64,000 bases of DNA, taken from positions 32,001 through 96,000 of the IMG/VR virus record IMGVR_UViG_3300044825_000904, one strand, 5' to 3'. A model generated the notes under the pieces. The model saw only the letters and a list, made by a program, of their open reading frames with translations. It made no database searches and was not told where the DNA came from. A program made the translations under genes and the position numbers. The DNA is from a virus. The stretch's first letter is position 1, and every line of letters begins with the position of its first letter. Shown piece by piece: positions 41,701-51,753 of the stretch.

Positions 41701-42071
41701 TTTTTTTTTGTGGCATTACCTATTTTTGGCTGGTCTAAATCACTTGGCATTAAATCAGCAGTAATCCATTCTACAACATTAATAACTTGAGCACTAATTA
41801 ACCATTTAGTGGCTAACATTCTTGATCCTCTAAGTTTACTTAAAATAGATTCAGCTTCTTCATCATGGCCATTTAAGAATAACCAATAAATATGTCCACT
41901 AAGGAGCATATCTCTAGTTATATCTAATAATTTAGAAGGGTTATCTTGATAATCTTGCATACTTACAAGATCATTAAATTGCCCTCCAAGCTCTCTTACA
42001 TATACATCGTTGATGCAACCTAAGGAAAAATCAAAGTTAATTTTCTTGCCTTCAAATGTAATACTACGCAT
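41694..42071 (-). CDS. Tail assembly chaperone G (start revised to ATG 42071)
   Basis: Between tail tube and TMP; ends at the slippery A-tract. Confidence 0.8.
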   Translation of the reverse strand: MRSITFEGKKINFDFSLGCINDVYVRELGGQFNDLVSMQDYQDNPSKLLDITRDMLLSGHIYWLFLNGHDEEAESILSKLRGSRMLATKWLISAQVINVVEWITADLMPSDLDQPKIGNATKKKR

Positions 42072-42099
42072 TGTGTGTGTGTTTTGTGTGTATTTAACC

Positions 42100-42128
42100 A
42101 AAAAGGGTAGAGATTATATCCCTACCCC
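42100..42128 (-). terminator. Terminator after tail tube gene
   Basis: GGGTAG...CTACCC plus T-tract on minus strand. Confidence 0.55.
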
Positions 42129-42153
42129 AAATGTAAACAAAAATTTTTAAATA

Positions 42154-42564
42154 TTAAGCTTGAGTAGTCTTTGTTAATGGACCATTACCTTTCAACTTAA
42201 TATCTACTGTAGCAATCTCTTGATCACCACCTTTTACTGGTACTGACTCAACATAAGCTAAACCAGTTAATACTGTAGCTCCTGTAGCAGCAGTTTTGAA
42301 TGAAACAGTTAATTCTGTTTGATCCATCCAAGCAGCTAATAGTTCATCATAAGTGTAGTTTGCACCACCATCTGCATAATCTAATTGAGCTGTAGCTGAT
42401 AGATTCCAAGCTTTACGACCTGGAATTGCAGTTTCCCATACACCTGAATCCTTGGATGAAGTATCAATCATTGTAGTTGATAATTCGATATCACAAGTTG
42501 TTTCGTTTGCTATAACCTTAGTACCTACGAAGATACGCAAGTCTGTTCCTTTTACTAATGCCAT
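42154..42564 (-). CDS. Major tail tube protein (TP901-1-like)
   Basis: VKGTDL...IDTSSKDSGVW...PGRKAWNLS...LKGNGPL. Confidence 0.85.
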   Translation of the reverse strand: MALVKGTDLRIFVGTKVIANETTCDIELSTTMIDTSSKDSGVWETAIPGRKAWNLSATAQLDYADGGANYTYDELLAAWMDQTELTVSFKTAATGATVLTGLAYVESVPVKGGDQEIATVDIKLKGNGPLTKTTQA

Positions 42565-42571
42565 TTTATTT

Positions 42572-43015
42572 CTAATTTAATTGTTCTAATAATTGACTAA
42601 ATGTTACGATAATTTCTACTTGCCATCCTGTTGGCAATTGTGAAGTTAATGTATTTGTTTGATATTCACAATTCAAAACCTGCCAATTAGTTAGGTGTGA
42701 ACTAATACCAAAATTGCTTGGTCCTAAAAGGACTTTATTTGCAATTTGATTAACAATATCATTAGCTACTTTTTTGCCTCCTGTATCAGAAACAAACTTA
42801 GTAATGACGTGAATATCAATAATCTCATCACGAATAAATCTATCTTTATTGCCATCATTTCTACCTGTCTGTTGCATAAATACAATAGCAGGGTATGCTG
42901 CCGTACTAGGAACTATTTCATCGAAAACTTCAACAGGCTGACCATTGCTAGTAATATTGGTCAAAGTCTCAAAATAAGCCTTTCTTAAATCAAATTGTGG
43001 GTCTTTTGCTACCAT
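42572..43015 (-). CDS. Tail terminator (DUF3168-like)
   Basis: VFDEIVP...YPAI; synteny. Confidence 0.65.
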   Translation of the reverse strand: MVAKDPQFDLRKAYFETLTNITSNGQPVEVFDEIVPSTAAYPAIVFMQQTGRNDGNKDRFIRDEIIDIHVITKFVSDTGGKKVANDIVNQIANKVLLGPSNFGISSHLTNWQVLNCEYQTNTLTSQLPTGWQVEIIVTFSQLLEQLN

Positions 43016-43019
43016 CTTA

Positions 43020-43460
43020 TTAAGTTTTCATAATGTTTTTAAATCTAGTCCTAGCTTTTCTAGTAATTCTTCTGGTAGTAATCACATAATGATGAAATAA
43101 GAACTTTCTAGCCCTTAAACCTTTATGATTCTGATTAGCTCCTTTAAAGCCAGCAATATAATCTTGGTATGGAGATAAAGTTCCTGTTAAATTAAATTTC
43201 TTACCTGTACCAAAATCCTGATAAGGGGCATAATGAGCTCTAAATCCAATTGTAGCAGTTACTTTATTTCTACCTTCTTGTTTTTTAAAATAATGACTAT
43301 TTCTAAGTTTTCCAGTCTTTACAGGTGCTAATGATTTAGATTGACTTGAAAGTGCTTCAGCTTCTTGCATAACCATTTCTGTTATGTCTTTGGCTCTATT
43401 TTGTGCACGTTCAAATCTATTAATTAAAATCTTTAAGCCCTCAAACTTAACTTTAATCAT
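43020..43460 (-). CDS. HK97 gp10-like tail completion protein
   Basis: APVKTGKLRNS, YAPYQDFGTG, ARKFL. Confidence 0.8.
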   Translation of the reverse strand: MIKVKFEGLKILINRFERAQNRAKDITEMVMQEAEALSSQSKSLAPVKTGKLRNSHYFKKQEGRNKVTATIGFRAHYAPYQDFGTGKKFNLTGTLSPYQDYIAGFKGANQNHKGLRARKFLFHHYVITTRRITRKARTRFKNIMKT

Positions 43461-43803
43461 TTCTTACAGTTGCTTTAAAAGTTATCCACTTATTCTTAAA
43501 ATCAACATTAGTGATATCAGAAAGTGCATATCTTTTATTCTTAAAAACCATTACAGTAGTGGTTTTAAATTCATATTGACTATTGTATCTGACCATACAT
43601 TCAAATGATTGATCAGTACCAATTTGACCACCTTCTTCATTTCTGACACCACCATAGTTGCCATAAAATGAACTTGTAGACTTAATATGCACATTACAGC
43701 TATACCCTTGACGAGAAGCTGCAGTAACACCTCCAGCACCATCTGGTATTTGTTCTACCATGGTTTGAAAGTTAGCCGTAAATCTGCTAAGTTTATTATA
43801 CAT
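43453..43803 (-). CDS. Head closure/head-tail adaptor
   Basis: DGAGG, VRY, FKNKRYAL; synteny. Confidence 0.65.
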   Translation of the reverse strand: MYNKLSRFTANFQTMVEQIPDGAGGVTAASRQGYSCNVHIKSTSSFYGNYGGVRNEEGGQIGTDQSFECMVRYNSQYEFKTTTVMVFKNKRYALSDITNVDFKNKWITFKATVRND

Positions 43804-44332
43804 AGATAGGTCTGTAATGTCTAATACGTTCTTTAATAGCTCTAATTGCCAATTTCTTGTCTTCTACCGCCTGATCATAATCAACTGCTATAATATCTAA
43901 TACAGCATTTTGAATATCAAAAGGCAATGGAAGATACCCTCCAATGTAAGTAACTACCATACCACCTGAAGAATAAGCAGAAATCTTTTGGTTTAATTCA
44001 CTAACAGTGTGAGACAAATCAACTCCAGCAGCATCTTTTACAGACTCAATATCAGTCACTGGGCCATAATACAAATCAATTGTACCATTTACCTCAATGT
44101 AAGACTGAATCATACGCTTTGGCTTTAGATTCTTTTGGATATATGTCTCAACCTCGTGAATAGCAGAATACCTTAAATCACTAAGCTTTTGATTATCGTC
44201 ATTATTAGAAATTTCAATATTCAAGTGTCGCTTAACTTGGTCTAAAGTTACTACTTCAGCTAAAGGGGTGATTTCCTCAACCATTTTAATTTCTAAACCC
44301 CTTGTTTTAACTACTTCAGGTATGTAAGCCAT
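43796..44332 (-). CDS. Head-tail connector (gp6-like)
   Basis: VTLDQVKRHLNI...DNQKL...VETYI, GYLPLPFDIQNAVL. Confidence 0.8.
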   Translation of the reverse strand: MAYIPEVVKTRGLEIKMVEEITPLAEVVTLDQVKRHLNIEISNNDDNQKLSDLRYSAIHEVETYIQKNLKPKRMIQSYIEVNGTIDLYYGPVTDIESVKDAAGVDLSHTVSELNQKISAYSSGGMVVTYIGGYLPLPFDIQNAVLDIIAVDYDQAVEDKKLAIRAIKERIRHYRPIYV

Positions 44333-44535
44333 TATTTCTTCTTAGAAGGTTTTACAACTTTATTTTGAGGAGGATTAACTGGATCAGTTTCTTCTTCCAT
44401 TTCTACAACAATTACTAAACCTTTCGATTCTAGCATTTTTGCTCTGTCATTACTTGTTTTGAATGAATCACCTACCATACGAGGATGATTAGCTTCCATA
44501 TCGAAAAAGTGTTGTTCACAAGTTACCTTTGCCAT
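44332..44535 (-). CDS. Small protein downstream of MCP
   Basis: GDSF...RAKMLESKGLV. Confidence 0.55.
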   Translation of the reverse strand: MAKVTCEQHFFDMEANHPRMVGDSFKTSNDRAKMLESKGLVIVVEMEEETDPVNPPQNKVVKPSKKK

Positions 44536-44560
44536 TTTATTTAAGTTTAAGGTTTAAAAA

Positions 44561-44592
44561 TAAGCCTACTGTTCTTATGGGAAGTAGGCTTA
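44561..44592 (-). terminator. Terminator after siphovirus MCP
   Basis: TAAGCCTACT...AGTAGGCTTA inverted repeat. Confidence 0.7.
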
Positions 44593-44620
44593 CATAATAA
44601 CACTAAAATAAGAAAGGTGA

Positions 44621-45805
44621 TTATGCTACCACAAAAGTACCTTTTGTCATTGCACTACCGAAGTAGATTGGCAAAGCAATAGATTCTTCTGCTCTCACAG
44701 TAACCAAGTTCTTAGTAAAGTTGTCCCCATCTTCGTAAGCGAATTCAACCATTACGTTGTCTTCGAATAACAATTCAGCAGCCTTATTCATATCTGCTAC
44801 GAAGAAAGTGTTAACAGGGATGATATCAGTTGAAATAACTGGCACACCAGCAATTGTTAAACCAGTTCCAGATAATAAAGATGGGTGAGAATAACCAGCA
44901 CCTGATTCTTTATTAATCAACAACTCCATCTCATCAATTGGGTTTACCAAGATGATAGAAGGACGGAAACGAGCAGCTTTTTTCTGAGCAATAGCGTTAG
45001 CTAATTTATCCCAACGGTTTGAACCTGCAACTACTGATCCAGATGGAGAGTAAGCTGAAGCAGCTTCGTATAAACCTGTGAATTCACCAGTTCCTGCATA
45101 ATCAAATAACTTAGTATCTTCTTGCTCTAACAAATCATTAACCATTTGTGTAGAAACGAAGTTTTGTAACCAAGATAAACGAGATAACATCTGCTTAGAG
45201 ATTTTGCTGTATGCAGCAATAGTCTTAGGAGTTACCTCAGTGATTGTGAAGTCATAATCAACTTGAGCCTTAGAAGCACCTTCAGTTTGAACTGCTGGAG
45301 CACCTTCGCCACCTGATTTCTTAGCGAATTTAAATACACCATTCTGCTCAATTACAGAAGAACGCATCAAATCACGCAAGTGAACTGAACGGAAAGGATC
45401 AGTTAAGATTACGTTAGATAAACCAGCAATCTTAGAAGCCCAATCAGAACCGATGTTAGCAGTTAAGTTCATATCACCTACTGCTTTCAATTCCATTGCA
45501 ACTGAAGAACGAGAAGTAGTCATAGACTTGAATTCTTGCTCACGAGCTTCGAATTTTTTCGCTAAGAAATCTTCTTTCTTAGTTGGCTCTACAGACTTAG
45601 CTTTCAAATCTAAGATAGCATCAGATACAGATTTTGATAAACCTTCCACCTTACCTTCTACCTCTTGTAATTTAACACCTGCATTTTTAGTTTGCTCGAT
45701 CAAATCAGATAAGCCTAAGCCTTCCATTTCACGACCAACACCTTTTTGAATCATTTCGTTGATGTCGCTTTTTACTTCATCAACAATTTTTTTAATATCT
45801 TCCAT
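44621..45805 (-). CDS. HK97-family major capsid protein, module B
   Basis: N-terminal delta domain, EGASKAQ, KTIAAYSKISKQML, FTKNLVTVRAEE. Confidence 0.92.
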   Translation of the reverse strand: MEDIKKIVDEVKSDINEMIQKGVGREMEGLGLSDLIEQTKNAGVKLQEVEGKVEGLSKSVSDAILDLKAKSVEPTKKEDFLAKKFEAREQEFKSMTTSRSSVAMELKAVGDMNLTANIGSDWASKIAGLSNVILTDPFRSVHLRDLMRSSVIEQNGVFKFAKKSGGEGAPAVQTEGASKAQVDYDFTITEVTPKTIAAYSKISKQMLSRLSWLQNFVSTQMVNDLLEQEDTKLFDYAGTGEFTGLYEAASAYSPSGSVVAGSNRWDKLANAIAQKKAARFRPSIILVNPIDEMELLINKESGAGYSHPSLLSGTGLTIAGVPVISTDIIPVNTFFVADMNKAAELLFEDNVMVEFAYEDGDNFTKNLVTVRAEESIALPIYFGSAMTKGTFVVA

Positions 45806-46536
45806 TACTTAAAAGAGTTTTTTAATTGTTTTAAAAATTCGATTTGCACTTGTCTTTGTAATTCTTCTGGATTAATCATCTCAGGAGTGGACTTAACCGA
45901 CTCCTTGTCATTAATTAGTTTGAACAACTCCGATTTTATAAAGTTATACTCAATTTCAATCAATTCATAAGTTTCGTCCTTTAAATTTCCACTACGCAAT
46001 TGCTTGTATAGTTTATCAAAACGATCTTGCAATCCTTTAGCATCCATAGATTTTAAACCTACAAATGGTGTTTCAGGATTAGCTCCCCATAGAACTGACG
46101 AAAATTCGTACAATTTTACTTCTTGAATCTGATAATACGGCTTTTGATTTGTATTAGCATCTGGTTCTACTCTTGTTTCCTTAATTGTAGAGAATCCAAT
46201 TGAATGCTGGTTAATTAAACCATTGTCATACAACTTAAGGATATCCTCGCCAATCTCAGTGTCAATAATAGCAGCCTCAAAATATAAACCATAATTATCT
46301 TCTTTCAATACTGATGGCTTACCAAGTGGGCTATCTGAGCTATGATTGTGTAAAAACCATATTTCATTCTTTCCCCCTGGACCACGTTCTTGAATAGTCT
46401 TGGTAAATGCACCTGGCATAATCATATCGCCATGCAAGTCAATATTACCAAACTTAGCAGCATAACCCATTACAGTCCGTTTTGCAACATCGACTTCAGT
46501 TATCTCCCCTTCAGATTTTATCTTATAATCTCTCAT
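45805..46536 (-). CDS. HK97 prohead protease
   Basis: GYAAKFGNIDLHGD...GAFTKTI, LHNH, SIGF, LYEFSSVLWGANP. Confidence 0.93.
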   Translation of the reverse strand: MRDYKIKSEGEITEVDVAKRTVMGYAAKFGNIDLHGDMIMPGAFTKTIQERGPGGKNEIWFLHNHSSDSPLGKPSVLKEDNYGLYFEAAIIDTEIGEDILKLYDNGLINQHSIGFSTIKETRVEPDANTNQKPYYQIQEVKLYEFSSVLWGANPETPFVGLKSMDAKGLQDRFDKLYKQLRSGNLKDETYELIEIEYNFIKSELFKLINDKESVKSTPEMINPEELQRQVQIEFLKQLKNSFK

Positions 46537-46587
46537 ATTTTCTATCTATTGCTTGCAAATATAATAAAAATAACTAAATACAAAATT

Positions 46588-47328
46588 TTAAATATATCTA
46601 ACCCCACATCTGCAATTAACAATCTCGCTTGCAGGGGCAGAACCATCTCCAGGATAGGCCATTGGATAGCCTCCTACAATAAACTTTTCATTTAAAGCAA
46701 TTGCAGGATATCCATCCATATCGTGATGAGATTTACGTTCTTTGCCATCCAAAATAACCATCCATTTCTTCTTGGTAATCTTAGGCTGTAAAGAAGCCCA
46801 TAAATCGCTTGCTAGATTCATTATTTTAGTCACTTCAGTCCTAGCTATCGTCTGACTACGAATTATGTTCTTCTGGGCCAAATAAACGCTTAATAGGGTA
46901 ATGATAGCGGAGGCAGGGATGCCTTGTTTTAGTTTATCGTCTACAAACTTTTGTATATCGTACTTAATTGTGGCAATAATGCCTAGTACAACTATAAATT
47001 GAGTGATATCTCTAAAACGCAATAACAAAAGTAGTAACCATGCCTCATTAAAGTTGTCTTCTTCTTCTTCCTCTTTCTTCTTGTATCTATTGAGAAACTC
47101 GGATTGTTTAAGGCCAAACTTTTGATAAGCATCTTTTAAGATGTCCATCATCCATTTTTCGCTAAAATGGTTAGTAATATGAAATGTATTGGGGTTTCTG
47201 CCTTCTAGTGTAGCTAGGTATGCCCTAGTTTCTGCACCAAGCTTAGTTCTAACAAAAGCAAATAAGGCACGTTCATTGATGTCGTGCCTTCTTCGCCAAG
47301 CAACTTTATACATTTCGTCACTTACCAT
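46588..47328 (-). CDS. Mu gpF/SPP1 gp7-like minor head protein
   Basis: IARTEV, KKW...R.SH, YPGD...EIVNCRC. Confidence 0.85.
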   Translation of the reverse strand: MVSDEMYKVAWRRRHDINERALFAFVRTKLGAETRAYLATLEGRNPNTFHITNHFSEKWMMDILKDAYQKFGLKQSEFLNRYKKKEEEEEDNFNEAWLLLLLLRFRDITQFIVVLGIIATIKYDIQKFVDDKLKQGIPASAIITLLSVYLAQKNIIRSQTIARTEVTKIMNLASDLWASLQPKITKKKWMVILDGKERKSHHDMDGYPAIALNEKFIVGGYPMAYPGDGSAPASEIVNCRCGVRYI

Positions 47329-47462
47329 TTTTTATCCTTAAAAAGTTTTTCTACCTTCTTCTTTTCCGCTTTCTTAATAAAACCTTCATACCATAGGAAA
47401 AACCCAAACCAAAATGAACTGGTTAATGAAACGGAAATTACTATGATATGAAAGTTTTCCAT
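47322..47462 (-). CDS. 46-aa single-TM peptide (not in ORF track)
   Basis: MENFHIIVISVSLTSSFWFGFFLWYEGFIKKAEKKKVEKLFKDKKW; fills the gap between portal and gpF genes. Confidence 0.5.
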   Translation of the reverse strand: MENFHIIVISVSLTSSFWFGFFLWYEGFIKKAEKKKVEKLFKDKKW

Positions 47463-47464
47463 AA

Positions 47465-48823
47465 TTACTCATTCATAGACCCTAATGTCGTAGGATCAAT
47501 GTTTAAACTGCTTACAGGCACTTGATTTGAACGGATGTATACTTGTTGCATCGAAGGATCATAAGTAGGCTCAAAATCCATAAACACACGCTTCTCATCT
47601 TGAGAAAGCACACCATCCAACTTATCAATAATGTTAGCAGCATCTAAGAAGTTCTGCTTCATTTCTGGATAAGCATCTGTATCAAAGCGTAAAACGTATT
47701 GAGATGGGTTAATTCCCATTGAAGGAGCTAAAAACTCCAACAATCCTTCGCAAATACGAGATTGCATAGGAATAACACAGTTAATAATCATTCTACGAAT
47801 AAATTCAGCCAAGTTACTCTCTGTTAAGTTATCAGCATTCAATAAAACGTATGGGTAATGCCATAATCTACAAAGTTGCTCCGTAGATAACTTACTCATA
47901 GCTCTTAAATCCAAGTCAATGTTAGTTGTTGATAACTTTGTGTAACCAACTTTAGCATTAGACCATTGAACACGACCTTTAGAAGCAGAATTGTAGATTT
48001 TATCATACATTCTATCTTCAAAAGCACCTTGTTGTTCTGGATCAAGGTCATCTACGTTTAAATCATCCTTATAAACAAAACCTACAGCTCCACGAGTCTC
48101 AAAGTTTTCAATACCCACTTCTTCTGCAGCATTAGCCTTTTGTAACACACGAGAACCAGCAGTCAATGGAGAGAATCCACGAGCAATAGTCTTTTGGTCA
48201 TTAAAGCTAGGGTTAAATGATCTAAACGATAAGAACCATTCTGGTGCTACATCTTGGTTTAAAGATGTAATGTTGTAACCAGTTATAACCCTAAAGCCAT
48301 CAGTGTAGATTTGGTAATCCCAAGGTGCAATAACGTGTAGTCTAGCAATCTTACCAGGTTTCAATGGGTCTTCTTCTGCCCAAATACCTACATCCTTTAA
48401 TAAAAGGTCATAAGAGAACAAAGTATCGAAGAATTGCTTCTGAGTTTGATAACCATTAGGTTTTTTAAGCAAATCAAGGATTGGATTAGCTTCAATCTCT
48501 TTTAAAGATGCTTTACGAATCTGACTTGCCTCCACTAAACTTCTTTGAGTAGGTCTTGTATTTAAAGCCTTGTATTTAGCTAATTGTTTAGTTTGAGTCT
48601 TGTTATTAGCCTGGTACATTTCTAAAGGTACTTCAACTGCTCTTGATGCTATATCAGCCACAATTGAATACACATCCACGTTCATCTCATAGCCCTTTTC
48701 TATAGCTTCACGATAATCAGTCTTATACATAGAATAAGCCTGGCCACCAATAACTTTCCAAGGAATTGAGTTTTTAACCATAGTCATGGCTTTTTTGCCA
48801 CTAAAAAAATCGAATAAGCCCAT
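47465..48823 (-). CDS. HK97-family portal protein
   Basis: GYEMNVDVYSIV, LLKKPNGYQT, RGFSPL, LSQDEKR. Confidence 0.9.
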   Translation of the reverse strand: MGLFDFFSGKKAMTMVKNSIPWKVIGGQAYSMYKTDYREAIEKGYEMNVDVYSIVADIASRAVEVPLEMYQANNKTQTKQLAKYKALNTRPTQRSLVEASQIRKASLKEIEANPILDLLKKPNGYQTQKQFFDTLFSYDLLLKDVGIWAEEDPLKPGKIARLHVIAPWDYQIYTDGFRVITGYNITSLNQDVAPEWFLSFRSFNPSFNDQKTIARGFSPLTAGSRVLQKANAAEEVGIENFETRGAVGFVYKDDLNVDDLDPEQQGAFEDRMYDKIYNSASKGRVQWSNAKVGYTKLSTTNIDLDLRAMSKLSTEQLCRLWHYPYVLLNADNLTESNLAEFIRRMIINCVIPMQSRICEGLLEFLAPSMGINPSQYVLRFDTDAYPEMKQNFLDAANIIDKLDGVLSQDEKRVFMDFEPTYDPSMQQVYIRSNQVPVSSLNIDPTTLGSMNE

Positions 48824-48825
48824 TT

Positions 48826-50208
48826 TTAGAATATTAAGAGTTTTTTCTTTGAATACTTGGTATATACCCCATATCTAATAGCATCTAAAGCGTGATTGAA
48901 GTCATCAATTGGTTTATTAATCGGTTTACCACCCACTGTTATCCATTGATAGTTATCAATCTCCTTTTTGATGTTCTTTGATCTCCGAGTATAATATACC
49001 TCGTATTCACGCAACTTACTTATTCCAGCATTAACAGAGTCATTTCCTTTAACCGCTTTCACGACCTTAATCCCTGCTCTCTTTAATTCCTCAATACTTT
49101 TAGGATCAGCACTATCAGCATAAATCTCATTCAATTTATCTGGATACATCTTAATCTTCTTAATTAAATCGGAATTCGTTAATCCCTTCTCATAAATTAC
49201 CTCGTCAAGGTATAACTTATTTCCGAGTTTTGCAATTCTAATCAGTGAAGTAGGGTCATTAGAGAATCCAAAGTCAAGTCCGCTAAAGATAACATCAGCA
49301 TCCTTAGGAAACAGCTCACAAGGCTGCCAATCGTGATAAATTAAGCTTTCTGAACTCGGTTTAGGTGATTGTTGATATAAAGATTCGAAAGTAAATGGCT
49401 CATTCTTCTTAACTCTTAATAATTTCTCCAAGGAATGCTTCTCAGGCCATAAAGCTTCACCAAACTCCCTTTCATCATAATCATTCTCGGCTTTCTCTCG
49501 AATAGCAGGAAATTCAATGATTGTCCAATCGTTATCCCTTTCAAGTAACCTACCAGCTAAATCATCATCATACCACCGAGTTTGGATAAGAACTTGTGCA
49601 CTATCGTTATGCAAACGAGTTTCCCACACATCGGTATACCAGTTCCATAATTGCTCTTTAATGATAATACTTTGAGCTTCTTGTCTATCCTTTAGCGGAT
49701 CATCAATGATTCCAATATCAACAGCAGTACCTGTAAGTGAGCCTCCACGACCTACAGCCCTTAAATAACCCCTTCTGCCAACAGTTTGAAAGAATTCAGC
49801 AGTCTTAACTGCCTCACCCTTCTTCTCCCCTATCCTACTATCTGGATATAACATCTTAAACTCCTCACTAAGCATCCTACGCTGTATCTCCGTAGAAAAT
49901 TGTTCAGCTAATGTAGCATTATAAGAAGCCAAGGCTAATTTCAAATCGGGGTTTCTACCAAGCAAGTAAGCAGGGAAGCTACGAGTAGATAATTCAGACT
50001 TTCCGTGTTGCGGAGGCACAAATATCATCAACTTCTTAATCTTACCTGCATATACCAAGTCCAAGTGATCAGCAATCACCTTGTGAAACCACCTCATATC
50101 ATAATCAGGCTTGATATAAGAAACAAAACTACTAAACGACCTCCTCGAAAGTTCCCTCGTCAATATTTCTCTCTCTAATTTCGCTAAGTCGTTGTCTAAT
50201 TTGGTCAT
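48826..50208 (-). CDS. Terminase large subunit, module B
   Basis: PPQHGKS Walker A, IIDD Walker B, QTRW, GLDFGFSNDP, DSADP, NHALDAIRY. Confidence 0.93.
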   Translation of the reverse strand: MTKLDNDLAKLEREILTRELSRRSFSSFVSYIKPDYDMRWFHKVIADHLDLVYAGKIKKLMIFVPPQHGKSELSTRSFPAYLLGRNPDLKLALASYNATLAEQFSTEIQRRMLSEEFKMLYPDSRIGEKKGEAVKTAEFFQTVGRRGYLRAVGRGGSLTGTAVDIGIIDDPLKDRQEAQSIIIKEQLWNWYTDVWETRLHNDSAQVLIQTRWYDDDLAGRLLERDNDWTIIEFPAIREKAENDYDEREFGEALWPEKHSLEKLLRVKKNEPFTFESLYQQSPKPSSESLIYHDWQPCELFPKDADVIFSGLDFGFSNDPTSLIRIAKLGNKLYLDEVIYEKGLTNSDLIKKIKMYPDKLNEIYADSADPKSIEELKRAGIKVVKAVKGNDSVNAGISKLREYEVYYTRRSKNIKKEIDNYQWITVGGKPINKPIDDFNHALDAIRYGVYTKYSKKKLLIF

Positions 50209-50629
50209 CACTTAATAATTTAGGATTAACAGTATCATTATGAATACTCAAGTCTTGCTCAATACGTTGTGTGCTCTTACCATGCTCAAACTCCAACATA
50301 AAAGCAGTATTCTTTAACTCACCATTGTTTATGTCACCCAAGATAGATGAAGCCATTACAGCCATAAACCCAGGAGTATTACTATCAGCAACTAAACGCT
50401 TTAAATCAGCAACACTCAAGCTACTAATGTAAGTCATCACCTTAACCACCTCAGGTTTACTCATCCTTAAACGATATTGCTCGTCTAAGTTCTTCATTAC
50501 CTCCTTAATTACACTCTTTGGCCTACCATAAGGATTCCTAACCTCTCCAGGCTTAATGGAGTATTGTCTAATGTTTTCGTAATTACCCCTAGGCTTCGTT
50601 TCAACTAAAGGTTGTTCTTCAGCTTCCAT
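50132..50629 (-). CDS. Terminase small subunit
   Basis: KPGEVRNPYGRPK motif; overlaps TerL. Confidence 0.7.
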   Translation of the reverse strand: MEAEEQPLVETKPRGNYENIRQYSIKPGEVRNPYGRPKSVIKEVMKNLDEQYRLRMSKPEVVKVMTYISSLSVADLKRLVADSNTPGFMAVMASSILGDINNGELKNTAFMLEFEHGKSTQRIEQDLSIHNDTVNPKLLSDDQIRQRLSEIRERNIDEGTFEEVV

Positions 50630-50776
50630 AATTGTAGTAGTTTATATTAACCCCAAAAAAACTTAGAATTTTTTTAGGCACTTTTTAAAATCATTTCAAT
50701 AAACAAAAATCACTTTCACCATTATTATACTTATTATACTAAGAGTATACTTAATATATAATATATATCTTTTCTT

Positions 50777-50795
50777 ATTTATAATCATTCTAAAT
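50777..50795. promoter_or_regulatory. Fur-box-like palindrome 1
   Basis: ATTTATAATCATTCTAAAT. Confidence 0.65.
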
Positions 50796-50854
50796 AATAC
50801 TTAACTTCTTAATAACCAACACGTTATTGATTAAATTCCGCCCCGATTTACCCT

Positions 50855-50873
50855 ATTTAGAACCATTCTTAAT
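50855..50873. promoter_or_regulatory. Fur-box-like palindrome 2
   Basis: ATTTAGAACCATTCTTAAT. Confidence 0.6.
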
Positions 50874-51433
50874 AGAAAGATTGTGTAAACATAAACATTA
50901 AACTCTCTCTAAACAACCATATTCTCTTTTTATTACAATATTCAAATACCATTTGTAAACAACTATTAACCAAATTTTGCTAGGATTTTTTTGGAGGGTT
51001 ACCAGGAAAAACTACCCCCTCCCCCTTTTGCTACCCAGCTTTTTACCCTTGTACCCCTCTTTTACCCCTGTATACCCCTATAATAAGGGCCTAACAGGGT
51101 ATAAACGTAGGAAACAAAGGGTATACCAGTAGAAAGAGGTGACAGGCCGAGGGTAGCCACCCTACAAAATCCACCTTTTACCCTTGTTTCCTTGCCTTGT
51201 TACTGTTCATATATACACAAAGGGAATACAGCCCTATTATAACAGCGTTAATACCTTGCGTTTAAACCCTTATTATTATTGAAGGTATACAAACATACTA
51301 CCACTGGGTAAACACGTTAATACAAGGCAATACAAGGGCCTAAACAAAGCGTTTAATTAATTAGGTTTAATGATCTTATATAGTGGCTATCTAAACCACC
51401 TGTTTACCTTGCTTAACTAAGTGTTTATACATT

Positions 51434-51452
51434 ATCTGTAATGATTATAAAT
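51434..51452. promoter_or_regulatory. Fur-box-like palindrome 3
   Basis: ATCTGTAATGATTATAAAT with TT/AA flanks. Confidence 0.5.
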
Positions 51453-51734
51453 AAGGATTAAAGAAAGAAATAAAAGAAAAAGAAAGTAAGCAAAGAAAAA
51501 GAAATACAAAGAAAGAAAAGAGAGTTACTTTTAAGTATACTATATAATATACTTAATGATATAATATAAGAGTATACTTAAGGGTATACTAAGGAGTATA
51601 TTATATAGTATACTTAAGGGTATAATATTTGTAATTGGTAAAAAAAGGAAAAAATTGAAATAAAAAAGCATTTATTAAAATATATTTTTATTCCCTTATT
51701 CGGTTAAATAAGCCTATTTATACTGTTATCAGTA

Positions 51735-51753
51735 ATTTATAATCATTCTAAAT
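51735..51753. promoter_or_regulatory. Fur-box-like palindrome 4
   Basis: ATTTATAATCATTCTAAAT, identical to box 1. Confidence 0.65.
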
